From: a virus
Taxonomy: Duplodnaviria; Caudoviricetes
Direction: 5' to 3' (one strand)
Length of the DNA stretch: 62,915 nucleotides
Virus record (IMG/VR): IMGVR_UViG_3300033142_001753
Coordinates: 1 to 62,915 of that record
The notes beneath the pieces were generated by a model, which saw only the letters and a program-made list of their open reading frames with translations, was not told the DNA's origin and did not search any database. Shown one piece after another: positions 37,783 to 48,357 of this stretch (position 1 is the first letter of the stretch; every line of letters begins with the position of its first letter). The position numbers and the translations under genes are program-made.

Positions 37783-39813
37783 TTACTCCTCTGGCGCTGG
37801 CGCTGGCGCTGGCGCTGGCGCTGGCGCTGGCGCTGGCGCTGTTGATATCTCTTCATATGGGTGGGATTCAGATATTGACTCACCATGATTCCACGATTCA
37901 CCCTCACTCACATTCTGCCCAAAGCCGAGTGAAGCATTGGCATTAATGGCATTCATCGCAGATGCTGCGAGTTGAGCACCTACATCCATTATACCCTTAG
38001 TTCCTACAATCTGTAACTCTTTGACAGCCTTGAAGCCGCCCAGGGCAGCCTGAGACTTGGCTATAGCTTCATCAAGCTGGAGGCGAGCATCGCTTACAAA
38101 TACATCCATCTGTTTAATTTGTGCAGCCCATTGTGTACCATAAGCCGTTGTTTCTGCGGAGTAAGCCGTTGCTTCTGCTCTAAAAGCATCTAATAATTTT
38201 GTATTTCCAGCATCTATTGCATTAACTTCAGTACTATAACCATCTAATTGAGCTCTATATTGTTCCGTTTTTTCTTGATTTAATTTTAAATCTAAATCAG
38301 AAACTTTATAATCAATCTCAGCCCCAACTTTGACATTTTCAATTTTGAGCATATGTGCCCTGACTTGTTCTGAATAAATCAAAGCTTCTGTATGAGAACC
38401 CTCTAACTCAAGACCATATGATACAAACTTTGATTTGTCAGCCTCTATCCTGGCAATATAAGCTTCTACCAGTGCTCTAAAGTTTTCTATTTTTATTTTC
38501 TCAACGGCAGCCTTTGTTTTTGCTGCGTCCATTGCTGTAGCATATATTTCCCAAATTGTCTTATACGCTTTTACACTCTCTGCATATCTAGCAACAACAT
38601 TTTTTTCTACATCCGCCTTTACACCACAGGCCTCAACCTGTGTCTTATATATATTGGCCTCGGTAAGAGATGCCCTAACCTCCGATTCATATATTGCACC
38701 CCTTGCTTGGTAAAGCTGGACCTCGGCATTAAATTTATTTATCTCAGCATTAAATATCTCGATCCCTATTGTTGCAATAACTTTGGAAGCATCAAGTAAC
38801 CTCGTAGCCTGCTGATTAAAGAAATCCCTGAGCATTCCCTCAAGCCTTACACCCTGCTCAATCATAAAATGAGTATTGGTCTGAGCAAGCTGGGCCTGGT
38901 CGATAGTTATCTTCGAGTTGATCTCAGTATTATTCCTGGATATCTCCCTTGCGGCCTCGGCCAGGCGCCCGGCCATTGCACCTACCGGTAAGGTGAACCC
39001 CCGAGCCTCAAAGTAATCTTCGACCTCATGGTATAGCCTCTGGTTTTCTGTCTCCTGCCTAGCTAAGGCCCTATCATAAAGCTCCTCTTCAACCAATGCT
39101 CCAAGGCCAGTGCCACCGTTTCTGATATCATTTAGGACTTTTGCAAGCAGATCGGCCCATATATCAGAGCTATAATCAGCCTCAGTGTATGAAAAATTCT
39201 CTGGCATACCCGGTATCCATGTTGGTGTCAAGCCTTTGTCAAAGGGGTCTATGCTAATATTCAGGGCTGGAGGAAAGATAACAGGGTCAGGTTCTCTCGG
39301 GGGAACTGGTTTCTTATCATCCGGCTCAGATGGATAATCTATAGTCTCTAAAGGGTCTGGATCACTCGGAGCGGTTATCGAGTCATGCTCAGGGGCTACC
39401 GCTGTGACTCTTGGTGCTATTTCATTAAAAGAAGGAATGTCCTCTGCTGTAATAGGGGTTACATCAACCCATATGGGATCAGGGGTATCATTTGTTGGGA
39501 TTTCGGTAAATAAATCAGTGATATCTCCAAGATCTGGTGGGAGTTCAAATTCTTTATGCTCAATACCAGAATCATGTACATCAGCCATCGCGCCCGGGGG
39601 GGGATCAGAGCCAAACAGAGAACCAGGCTCAAGATCATTGAGAAAACGATCCAAATCATTAATAAAATCCTGAGAATTATCAAAGGCAGTCTGGGCAAAC
39701 TCTTCGCACTTATCGAATCTATTTTCGACCTGAGTCGGTATATTTGTGTCTGGAGTAGTAAAAGTTCTCTTTTCTTTTGATGCCCATTCTTCGGTTGGAA
39801 CCCATGTACTCAT
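37783..39813 (-). CDS. Virion structural protein (helical)
   Basis: EARGFTLPVG motif; long Ala-rich helices; (PA)n tail. Confidence 0.75.
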   Translation of the reverse strand: MSTWVPTEEWASKEKRTFTTPDTNIPTQVENRFDKCEEFAQTAFDNSQDFINDLDRFLNDLEPGSLFGSDPPPGAMADVHDSGIEHKEFELPPDLGDITDLFTEIPTNDTPDPIWVDVTPITAEDIPSFNEIAPRVTAVAPEHDSITAPSDPDPLETIDYPSEPDDKKPVPPREPDPVIFPPALNISIDPFDKGLTPTWIPGMPENFSYTEADYSSDIWADLLAKVLNDIRNGGTGLGALVEEELYDRALARQETENQRLYHEVEDYFEARGFTLPVGAMAGRLAEAAREISRNNTEINSKITIDQAQLAQTNTHFMIEQGVRLEGMLRDFFNQQATRLLDASKVIATIGIEIFNAEINKFNAEVQLYQARGAIYESEVRASLTEANIYKTQVEACGVKADVEKNVVARYAESVKAYKTIWEIYATAMDAAKTKAAVEKIKIENFRALVEAYIARIEADKSKFVSYGLELEGSHTEALIYSEQVRAHMLKIENVKVGAEIDYKVSDLDLKLNQEKTEQYRAQLDGYSTEVNAIDAGNTKLLDAFRAEATAYSAETTAYGTQWAAQIKQMDVFVSDARLQLDEAIAKSQAALGGFKAVKELQIVGTKGIMDVGAQLAASAMNAINANASLGFGQNVSEGESWNHGESISESHPYEEISTAPAPAPAPAPAPAPAPEE
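37791..37840. repeat. (CTGGCG)8 microsatellite encoding Ala-Pro
   Basis: Perfect hexamer repeat at the 3' end of the 676-aa gene. Confidence 0.95.
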
Positions 39814-39913
39814 AATTATTTTTTCACCTCTTTTATCATATTCGGTCGTTCATAAAGATACACCAACAACTGATCGTTTGATCCATCTATATAATGACCG
39901 TTTATTAATTTCT

Positions 39914-42385
39914 TTATATCAATCCTAATTCTATAAGTTCGGAAACATCACAACGCAACGCTTCTAAAAGTTCATCAGTCACTACATTAAAAGAATCTTC
40001 CCCAGGAAATTTATAAACTGCACTCCATCTTGCAACATTAAATATTGGATCTCCGGGGGTTAAAGTTTCTTCGTCCAATTCATAATCAGCTACCTCAGCT
40101 CCTCTAGCAGCGACAAGAAGCCCTTCGCTATCGTTAGACGATCTGTCATCAAGGTAATAAGTTCTGTTAAACAAAGTAGAGTTGAAAGATCCCTCTCCAT
40201 CAACTTGATATTGCAAAACTAATGGCTCATCGAGCGTATTTTTGTTACTTGTTTTTTTACGATTCTGACTACTGTCTATTAATGCAGTTTGAAGACAATC
40301 GGGCGAATAACCTGATATTGAAGTAACACCTGAAAATTCTACCGAATCAACCGGAGTACCCCATAAGTCTACACCCTGGTAAGGTAAAAATGAAGATGCA
40401 GGCAAACCATAATTGCAGCCGTCGATTCCACTCGTGCCCTCTCCCCAGTAACTATCAGCGAAAACCTTATCCTCCGATAAATTTGCATACTCAGGAATTC
40501 CGAAATACCGTTTATTCGTACCATTTATGTCTGACCAATCATAAGAAATCCTTCCCATTTCTTCAAATGCATCGACAAAAATCCTATCCTTTGTAGCACC
40601 AATAAAGGCTACGTTGGGACTACACCAATCTGCATTAAAGCTATCTGCAATTTTTTGTTTTAATTCTTCCGCAATATATCTTAGACACGCTCGGCCACTT
40701 GAGTATTTAGAACAGTGGAGTTCCCATTCCGTATACGCAACACCGTCTACATATACGGTACCACAATTCCCCCAACTGGCCACGCAATACTCAACGTCGC
40801 TACTTTTACCTTGTACAGTTGCAATTTCCCAATCTCTGGAAGTCATCTTAGCTGTTTTCCCGGGCACAAAAATCTCATATATTGTTTCTCTGTGGAATTT
40901 AGTACCCCCTGGTGATCTATAACAGGTTCTACTCCATGTGCCCTGAAATATTTCTGTATAATTCCCTACTTTACCTGAGCATCCGCCTGTACACGGACTC
41001 GCTTGAGCAGCAGAAGGTGCATGACCTAAAGCAGTTAATACTCTAAGACCAGTACCTCCGCAACCAGGCGTGGAACCCATTGGAATTGGACTAGCTGAAG
41101 ACTTTACTACACCACTTTCGATCTCATTATATTCAAGGTTTGCAAATTTCTTTTGCTCAAACCCATCTCCAGTCCAATACCAATGTTGGGTCTCGGTTAC
41201 CTCTTCATAGGTATGATCCTCTTCTGTAGTCCCAACCGATGAGCCTGTTAAATCTACAGTAAACTTAGTTGGGCGTTCATTCCAGGGCACAAAAACTTCT
41301 AACGTCTCTTCATCTAGACTATTTACATCAAGTAACATTTGATACGGAACATCTGCATCTGCTCCGCACATAGGGTCAATGGGAGGATCAAGAGGATTAC
41401 AATCAGGATCGGGCTTCTCATAATACCAAAGACTCTTGAATCCTTTATCGTCGGCTTCCGCTGAATAACAATTAAATGTTTTAATAAGTTCTTTACCTGT
41501 CTTTGAATCAGTTATTTCTTGATACGCTGTACCTGAACCGGGAGAAAAATAATTTCTGACCGCCATATTATCTGTTAAGGTTAAAATTATACCAAAGCAA
41601 TAATGTACAAGTACAGGAACACTTGGGTTAGTATTGTCTAAAACACTATAACAAGAATACCACACCATTTTACGCCCGTCGACATTACAGTAAAATCTGT
41701 TCGGTGGAGTTGGATGTGTCGGAAAGTCATAACCGAAGGGATTAAAAAGAGGCGGCAATGGATAATATCTTGGATCGTCTCCTATTAAATCAGATTGTAC
41801 ATAAGGATATCCTAAAGGATTAAATACCTCAGTAAGAAATTTTTGACCTTCTTGACTCACTTCCTCTTTAACAAGCAAATGTGGTGCTGCTACCCATCGT
41901 TCTTCCTTCTTATTATCATTTTCAACCATAAAGGATTTTGTAAAAGAATGAGTAGCTCTTAAGGTTGTATATGGTATAGCCGACATTCTACCTAATATTT
42001 CGCTCGACGATCCGGCAGAGCTTGCGCTAATTTTTGTGTTCCCTTCACTATTCTTTGTAAAGGTTATCCAATAAAACTTAGTTTCACCATAAAGTCCCCC
42101 TCTCCGAACTTTAGCAAAAAATCTCCCGATTCCCAATAGCTCCTCTTCTATTTCTCTTATCTTCTTAATCGGTTCACTGTATATCTTAACTTCTTTCAGA
42201 TCAAAACAAACACTTGCTTCAACTGTAGTCCTCTGATCGAGTGGCCTCGACCTTACACCCTGCTTAAGATTCCGAAAACTCATCTGATTTTCCAGAATTC
42301 GCATCTGACTTTGAGCAGCACCTATAAAATTCCGGGCGTAATCCTTGTCACCATCCAATGTTATTTTATAGGGTATGGTTGTCAT
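39914..42385 (-). CDS. Tail-associated protein, Cys-rich, possible receptor binding
   Basis: 823 aa in the tail block. Confidence 0.6.
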   Translation of the reverse strand: MTTIPYKITLDGDKDYARNFIGAAQSQMRILENQMSFRNLKQGVRSRPLDQRTTVEASVCFDLKEVKIYSEPIKKIREIEEELLGIGRFFAKVRRGGLYGETKFYWITFTKNSEGNTKISASSAGSSSEILGRMSAIPYTTLRATHSFTKSFMVENDNKKEERWVAAPHLLVKEEVSQEGQKFLTEVFNPLGYPYVQSDLIGDDPRYYPLPPLFNPFGYDFPTHPTPPNRFYCNVDGRKMVWYSCYSVLDNTNPSVPVLVHYCFGIILTLTDNMAVRNYFSPGSGTAYQEITDSKTGKELIKTFNCYSAEADDKGFKSLWYYEKPDPDCNPLDPPIDPMCGADADVPYQMLLDVNSLDEETLEVFVPWNERPTKFTVDLTGSSVGTTEEDHTYEEVTETQHWYWTGDGFEQKKFANLEYNEIESGVVKSSASPIPMGSTPGCGGTGLRVLTALGHAPSAAQASPCTGGCSGKVGNYTEIFQGTWSRTCYRSPGGTKFHRETIYEIFVPGKTAKMTSRDWEIATVQGKSSDVEYCVASWGNCGTVYVDGVAYTEWELHCSKYSSGRACLRYIAEELKQKIADSFNADWCSPNVAFIGATKDRIFVDAFEEMGRISYDWSDINGTNKRYFGIPEYANLSEDKVFADSYWGEGTSGIDGCNYGLPASSFLPYQGVDLWGTPVDSVEFSGVTSISGYSPDCLQTALIDSSQNRKKTSNKNTLDEPLVLQYQVDGEGSFNSTLFNRTYYLDDRSSNDSEGLLVAARGAEVADYELDEETLTPGDPIFNVARWSAVYKFPGEDSFNVVTDELLEALRCDVSELIELGLI

Positions 42386-42912
42386 ACCTTGAATCCTCTC
42401 GGCATCACAACAAGCGCAACATCTATAGAATCAATACCAAAGTCACAGCCATTCACATTCGATATTCTAAAAGTTAAATATCTGCCCCTTACATTACGTA
42501 CCCCTGTTATCCTGCGCCACTGTTGGCCGGTCCTCACTGAATCAACAGTCCCGGATACCCAAGATCGGTTATCTCCGAGAGTTACTATAAGGTCTCCTTC
42601 AGCCTCGTATCCGAGGAACATGAATCTTACTTTCTTCGGATTATTGATTCCAAAGTCTGTAACAACAGGCTCGAAATAAGCCCCTATGCCGTCACCGTCG
42701 TCGGTGTCCCCATCAAGTTCATATATGCCGTCTGGGGAGGCCCCCAGGAAGGTATCGCCAAACTTTACCATAGAGTTCATATCATAATCGATATACTGCG
42801 TTGTACCTCCGGGCTGTATGGCATAATCCAGGACATACATATTTGAACTATATGGCACAAAAGAAGCTGTAAAGCTGGCAGTAGGTGTAGGGGCGTATCC
42901 TATAATAGCCAT
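42382..42912 (-). CDS. Tail structural protein
   Basis: GIYELDGDTDDG, GRYLTFRISN. Confidence 0.7.
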   Translation of the reverse strand: MAIIGYAPTPTASFTASFVPYSSNMYVLDYAIQPGGTTQYIDYDMNSMVKFGDTFLGASPDGIYELDGDTDDGDGIGAYFEPVVTDFGINNPKKVRFMFLGYEAEGDLIVTLGDNRSWVSGTVDSVRTGQQWRRITGVRNVRGRYLTFRISNVNGCDFGIDSIDVALVVMPRGFKV

Positions 42913-44471
42913 TATCTTATCTCACCTCTAATATGTCTCAGAATTGAACTCGTTAAGCCACTGACACAAGATATCATGGTCGGAGTCGGGACTGTTCCTG
43001 CCAGGGTTATGGTATCATTTTTTAGAGATGCATAAAAACGCACCAAGTCACCGGGTATCGGAGCATTCCCCGCCAATTTAACAACTTGCCCCGTCAGTGC
43101 TATCATTACACAGGTGGGGCATGGTGCCCTGCCAAGGATATTAGCAACATTACCTACAGTAATACTAAATAATCCGGTCGGGGCTGGGACAGTAGCCGAG
43201 ATAACTGCGATATTCTCTGTGTCACCTACGCAGGTGATAGTGGGGACCGGTACCTTGCCATATATAGTGGTGAGGTGATGAGTATCAGCCGTCATGATAC
43301 AGGTCGGTACAGGGACCCCGGCTTTTCGAGATATGGTAGCAATGTCACTAAGACTGAGACCTACCCTCATCAAGCAGGTTGGGCACGGAGCGTTTGCTGC
43401 CAATGACGGATTCCTGCCATGGTAAGCGGTGCAGGTAAAGTCTGGAACCGGGCTACTGCCTACTAAATTTTTGCCTATGGTAAAACTTGCTGTTGGTGTG
43501 GGGGATACAGCGTCTATCCTGGCATACCTGAAAACAGCCGACATTGCACATGTCGGGGTGGGAGCGTAAGCGCTTATTTGAGCATAATTAAAACAATGAT
43601 CACAGGTGAAACCGCTAACTGCCGAGAGTGCAGAGCCGGATATTTCAACCTGGATATTGGCTTGTCCGGTGGCCGTAGCGGTAAGCGCACCTGCAATAAT
43701 TTCCTGTTGGATACCTGCGCTTGATAGTGATGCTACAGCAGAAAAGGCTTCATCTAAACCGATGTACCCTGGTTGTAATACACCTACAGATAAAATATTT
43801 TCGGTTTCGTAAGGATCGAAAATTCTCGGAAGCTCAATAGCACTAAATCCGACCGGTGGAGAATATATTTGATCGCTTGACTTAAATCTACCTGTAATAA
43901 CAGGAGAATAAGAAGCGCCAAAGGCTGGGGCAAAAGAACCGGATATACCCGTAAAAGCAGGACTTGTCCCTAACTCAGGATCACCGGATGCTTGCCATAC
44001 ATTATTTACAGCCCACCAGATTTTGCCATTATCAAGGTCGAGAGCTACCCCTACTGTATCGCCCTGACCATGTGAATTCCCGTACGAATACTGATTGTTC
44101 TTATACCATACGTCCCCATCTTCTTCAAATCCATAGCTATGAACGCCTGACGAACGACCGGGCGGTCTCGGTACACCATCAATCTCAGATATTCCTATGT
44201 TGTGAACATAGGGAGAACTGTCTGAATCAATCTTTATTTCCCAATACCACTTTCCTTTAGATACAAACCTATTCGAGCGCGCCGATCCTTCTGTATCAGA
44301 AGAATAGCTCAAGGTTAAATTCCCATTAGATAAAACAACATTGACGTTGTATGTATCTAAGGGATTCCAGGTAACAAGATCAGGACTATTGACAGAGAGC
44401 AATTCTACCCTAAAAGAGGCATCAATACTCCCCGCTGTACTAAAAGGTGATAGACATATTACTTCAGCCAC
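42912..44471 (-). CDS. Tail protein with SPRY/B30.2-like domain
   Basis: LSNGNLT, GKWYWEI, GDTVGVALDLDNGKIWW; PxP repeats in the C-half. Confidence 0.75.
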   Translation of the reverse strand: MAEVICLSPFSTAGSIDASFRVELLSVNSPDLVTWNPLDTYNVNVVLSNGNLTLSYSSDTEGSARSNRFVSKGKWYWEIKIDSDSSPYVHNIGISEIDGVPRPPGRSSGVHSYGFEEDGDVWYKNNQYSYGNSHGQGDTVGVALDLDNGKIWWAVNNVWQASGDPELGTSPAFTGISGSFAPAFGASYSPVITGRFKSSDQIYSPPVGFSAIELPRIFDPYETENILSVGVLQPGYIGLDEAFSAVASLSSAGIQQEIIAGALTATATGQANIQVEISGSALSAVSGFTCDHCFNYAQISAYAPTPTCAMSAVFRYARIDAVSPTPTASFTIGKNLVGSSPVPDFTCTAYHGRNPSLAANAPCPTCLMRVGLSLSDIATISRKAGVPVPTCIMTADTHHLTTIYGKVPVPTITCVGDTENIAVISATVPAPTGLFSITVGNVANILGRAPCPTCVMIALTGQVVKLAGNAPIPGDLVRFYASLKNDTITLAGTVPTPTMISCVSGLTSSILRHIRGEIR

Positions 44472-44494
44472 TTCTTAATCTCCGTCAGCCTCAG

Positions 44495-45331
44495 TTAGGT
44501 ATTGTCTATTTCGATATCCTTGATTACAAAGGCACTCGCATCGGGTATAGTGTAATCCTCTCCATAATCTATACATCCGATTACCGTCGCTATTTGCTTA
44601 ATGGAGAAATTATCAAAATCTCCGGCGGCGGCAGCTCCGGTTTTTGAATAGATCCTTAGCTCATCGGTTGTGGCATAAGCTTCATCGGCAACGAAGTCAA
44701 TGTATTGATCTGTACCCACCACTGCATCGCCTAAAACCTGGAGAGCTACACCATTTAGCTTGAATTCATACCCAGCTTCTGTCTGGGCATAATCATACTG
44801 CAACCTATACCGCCCACCTGAAATCAAGGCAGTCCCGATATCAGTGAAGGTAATCGCACAATATTGCCCCACGACAGTTGCAACTAGACTCAGGTCAGTG
44901 GTTTCGTCGAACGATCCGCCTAAATCAACATTTGCCCAGTGACTTGTACCAGCGGTAAAAGTTCGGTCTTCAGCTGTAGTAAAAAACTCAACATCATCGA
45001 GAGCTGAGAAATCCACTATACAGGCCGCACCGGTTGGGCCTATACCCCCAGCCGTAGCCGTCCATGAAGGATCATCGCAGACAAAATGTCCTTTATCGTT
45101 GCCGTCGTCTTCTGTTAAAACCGGAGTTGTCAAGGTTTCATCATTTTTGGTGTACCCTCCCGCTGTAGCGAGCTGGTGATCGTCTATGTCGGCGAGAGTG
45201 GCATGGGCATCCTTATCAAAAGCAAAGGTATCGTCCATCAATATAATTTTCAAGTCATCAGCCGAGAGGTCAATTTTTTTCCTCATCAACTGATACTTGT
45301 AGTGATTTGAGAGTGTTAATACAACAGCCAT
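44495..45331 (-). CDS. Tail structural protein
   Basis: IDLSADDLKIILM; GGAGG RBS. Confidence 0.7.
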   Translation of the reverse strand: MAVVLTLSNHYKYQLMRKKIDLSADDLKIILMDDTFAFDKDAHATLADIDDHQLATAGGYTKNDETLTTPVLTEDDGNDKGHFVCDDPSWTATAGGIGPTGAACIVDFSALDDVEFFTTAEDRTFTAGTSHWANVDLGGSFDETTDLSLVATVVGQYCAITFTDIGTALISGGRYRLQYDYAQTEAGYEFKLNGVALQVLGDAVVGTDQYIDFVADEAYATTDELRIYSKTGAAAAGDFDNFSIKQIATVIGCIDYGEDYTIPDASAFVIKDIEIDNT

Positions 45332-45340
45332 AATACCTCC

Positions 45341-46069
45341 TTATGCGCTCTCAGCCAATGGAATATCAACCTCATCAATGGTGGTAGTCCCGCCATCAGT
45401 AATGGACGTATTCGCCATATTCATTTGTGATCCCGATGTTGCAATAGCTCCATCAATACGAGCTTTTTCAGTGCTTGCTCCGGTAGTCATGTCGTTAGCG
45501 TAAATCCTAAAATGACCAGCGGTACCAGTTGCACCAGCCTTTCCAGACCACACTTCTCCAAGTGCAGCATGGAGCTCGGCGTCTGCAACCTGACCAAAAT
45601 TGATACCGTTGGTGGCCTCGGTAGCCACAAAGTCTCCACTTGATTCAGTAATCTGAATAAGCTCTGATCCAGTCTCTGCGTCATCAGCGCTGGTTGGCTG
45701 AGTTCCGGTACGAATTGTCATGGTACCATTCCGAAACTGGTCAACAAGAGATCCACCGCGAGCTGAACCGAGATTTATTGGAGTACCTGCAACCTGTCCA
45801 GTTGTGAAACTTCCAGCAGGCAGTGTAATCACAGTATCTGTTACAGCAATAGCCTCATAGGTACCATCGTCGTCACCGTCAGTGGCGAGCGCTACAGTAA
45901 TCATGTCACCAACTTCAAAGACACTAAGACCGGCGGCTAAGGTGATAGAATCAGGGCCGTCGCCGCCTTCTACAAGCGCTATCCCAGCCGCACTATAAAG
46001 CAGGGCATTACACTCAGCCTTCTTCCCTAGCATATCATTTCGTACTTTAGTTGAAAATCTAAAAGCCAT
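45341..46069 (-). CDS. Tail structural protein
   Basis: IRTGTQPTSADDAETG, ATGTAGHFRI, RIDG. Confidence 0.75.
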   Translation of the reverse strand: MAFRFSTKVRNDMLGKKAECNALLYSAAGIALVEGGDGPDSITLAAGLSVFEVGDMITVALATDGDDDGTYEAIAVTDTVITLPAGSFTTGQVAGTPINLGSARGGSLVDQFRNGTMTIRTGTQPTSADDAETGSELIQITESSGDFVATEATNGINFGQVADAELHAALGEVWSGKAGATGTAGHFRIYANDMTTGASTEKARIDGAIATSGSQMNMANTSITDGGTTTIDEVDIPLAESA

Positions 46070-46079
46070 AATTTACTCC

Positions 46080-46991
46080 TTATTCTATGGTATGTATAAA
46101 ATTTAGACCCCTCAAGAGAGACCTGCCTATGGTCCCCTGGGGATAAACTACTTTCTTCTTGTTGAGGTTTACGACGAGCCCACCAGGACATCCGGCCATC
46201 GCACCCTCGGTGGTAGTCCACAAGGCACATGGCGCGCTTATCTGAAATCCAGGTACATCAGATCCGCTGACATAATCTATTGCATCAGACCACTCCAGGG
46301 CTGGGAAGTTTGTTACCTTTTCCTGTGTAAATTCATGTGGTACTAGGCCAGCTAAAAGGTAAATTTCTCTTTCAGTTGACACATAGAGTCCGTCGCTTAC
46401 CGGCTTTACCATCCGAATATTAGTGCCATACTGCACAAAGTTCCTGGCCATATCAAACCAGTCCATAGCCCCTAACTCTGACCACCACAATATAGGGCCT
46501 TTGGCAATATAGGCCCGGCCACCATGGTAGGCCAGGTGATTCCCTGCGAATGGACCTGTAAAAGTCCTCTGCGTCGTTGGCCCCACATATGCAGTAGTCT
46601 TTTCCCATGAATACCTTATGCCACCCTCGACGAAGCCCAGGTCCTGGTTATTGGTATAATAAATACGATCCTCGATCTGAGTATAAGCCATGGAGTTGTT
46701 ATTCGATAGCCCACACAACAGGCGATAACTGAAATCTGTTTCGAGAAGGTAGAGCTTGGAGTCATGTACAAAAACGCCATCCCCACCATCGCAGAAAAGG
46801 CTATGAGATGCCAGGGCAATCTTTAGAGTTTTACCTGTTCTCCTATTTATTCTCCCAGATGGAGACAGGCTTACGTTTACAGCGACCGCAAGATCGGAGA
46901 TCCCAGACTTCGAACTATAATTTATCCGAGTCGGATCATCTACGGTATTGAGTCCGGTAGATCCTCTCAGGAGTGGTTTGCTTTTTGCCAT
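46080..46991 (-). CDS. Putative tail nozzle / DNA-stabilisation protein
   Basis: Beta-propeller-like; follows the adaptor gene. Confidence 0.55.
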   Translation of the reverse strand: MAKSKPLLRGSTGLNTVDDPTRINYSSKSGISDLAVAVNVSLSPSGRINRRTGKTLKIALASHSLFCDGGDGVFVHDSKLYLLETDFSYRLLCGLSNNNSMAYTQIEDRIYYTNNQDLGFVEGGIRYSWEKTTAYVGPTTQRTFTGPFAGNHLAYHGGRAYIAKGPILWWSELGAMDWFDMARNFVQYGTNIRMVKPVSDGLYVSTEREIYLLAGLVPHEFTQEKVTNFPALEWSDAIDYVSGSDVPGFQISAPCALWTTTEGAMAGCPGGLVVNLNKKKVVYPQGTIGRSLLRGLNFIHTIE

Positions 46992-47143
46992 TAGTAATTT
47001 AGGGCATCATCGAGAGCCTTTCTGCGCTTCGACATAGCAGAGGCATCTTTCTCAAACATACTGCCCCAGAAGCTCTTCTTCTTTTTGGCCTTTGGTTTGT
47101 TTAGCCCGCCTCTCTTTTTCTCTGCTAACTTTTCATTTTTCAT
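46991..47143 (-). CDS. Small basic protein (50 aa)
   Basis: Coupled to neighbours on both sides. Confidence 0.55.
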   Translation of the reverse strand: MKNEKLAEKKRGGLNKPKAKKKKSFWGSMFEKDASAMSKRRKALDDALNY

Positions 47144-47839
47144 TTAATATCCTATATGGCAATCACTGTTGTCGTCTGAACCATAATATTCTGGCTCGGC
47201 ATCTGTACCAATAAAATCAATGAGATCTATCATAGCTGTATAGAATTTGTCTGTATGATATTTTGTTCCCGTACCGTGGGCCTCCGCGCCATCCTCTAAA
47301 CCTTCCCCAAATATTTCCTTGCATACCCAGTGTTTGATGAGTCTAAGCTGCAGGTGATCTGGTATCCCATCAGGCTCATCGTCGGCGGCGGTAATCTCTG
47401 TAGGCTTTCCATAATACGATATCAAAAGATCCTCTGCGGCAAGCGGTATGCCTTGGTAGTAAAGCTTTTTGCCTTTGACGCATACGCTCACTACCGATCC
47501 TTTCTCAGTCAAGTCCCTCTTGTAACAATGATTCAGGAACAGCATGAAGCTGTAATAGTTGCCGCCGTCAGGCGGCAAGATACGGTCCCCTGAAGAATCC
47601 ACTACATAAAAAAGACCGCGTTGGTAATTCTCCGGAAGATCCACATAGGCATCAGATGTAGTCGAGACGGTAGCAGTTAGATACATGTCTGGTAGAGGTG
47701 GACTCGTGCATCCGTCCGGCATCCGGATACCGCCCGCTATGTTATTGACAGCATCGTTTATTCGAGCGATTAAATCTTCATAGGAATCGTCTTGCACGAC
47801 ACTCTGTATAGCTGCGGTGAGTTGAGAGAGAGTAGCCAT
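47144..47839 (-). CDS. Head-tail adaptor protein
   Basis: MATLSQL, INDAV, VDLPENY, ISYYGKP...DEPDGIPDH. Confidence 0.7.
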   Translation of the reverse strand: MATLSQLTAAIQSVVQDDSYEDLIARINDAVNNIAGGIRMPDGCTSPPLPDMYLTATVSTTSDAYVDLPENYQRGLFYVVDSSGDRILPPDGGNYYSFMLFLNHCYKRDLTEKGSVVSVCVKGKKLYYQGIPLAAEDLLISYYGKPTEITAADDEPDGIPDHLQLRLIKHWVCKEIFGEGLEDGAEAHGTGTKYHTDKFYTAMIDLIDFIGTDAEPEYYGSDDNSDCHIGY

Positions 47840-48192
47840 TATACCTCAAAAGTCTTACGCATTTTGTATTCCTCACGCTTGCCCTCGTTCCAGTCAGAGA
47901 CTGGACGAAGATATCCAACTACCCTGGAATAGGTGTCACATGGCCGATAATTTTGCAAGGTTGGATTTTCTTTAAAGCAAGCATCGCACTTCAGAAAAAA
48001 ACTCTTGTCTGCTTCGGTCGCCCCTGTCTGAGCATTATACAAGGCCCCTCCGCTTATAGTTACCTTGCCCTCTCGATCCATGTCCATCTTAATAACAACA
48101 AGCTTCCCGCAATCATGGCATAGGCCCTTAAAACCAATACGGGGTCCGGGAGACTCATTAAAAAATTTCTGTAGGTCTTCTGCTACAAACAT
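47839..48192 (-). CDS. Stand-alone NrdD-like Zn/glycyl-radical domain
   Basis: CHDC...CDAC plus YSRVVGYLRPVSDWNEGKREE. Confidence 0.85.
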   Translation of the reverse strand: MFVAEDLQKFFNESPGPRIGFKGLCHDCGKLVVIKMDMDREGKVTISGGALYNAQTGATEADKSFFLKCDACFKENPTLQNYRPCDTYSRVVGYLRPVSDWNEGKREEYKMRKTFEV

Positions 48193-48357
48193 GCCTCTCC
48201 TTTAAAACAGATACCTCATCTCTAATCTCGGCTCCTGCAGCCAGCCTTGCTGCTTTGAGACGCAAGACCAACCTTTTCCTTATCACCATGGATAGGAGGC
48301 ATGGGAGGCACAAGCAAAAAAATATCCTTAAATCTAAACATAATCCACCTTGGTAGG

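Noticed and set aside
37791-37840. (CTGGCG)8 as a phase-variation switch or Chi array
   Set aside because: Hexamer slippage keeps the frame and only alters an Ala-Pro tail. The sequence does not match the E. coli Chi site GCTGGTGG.
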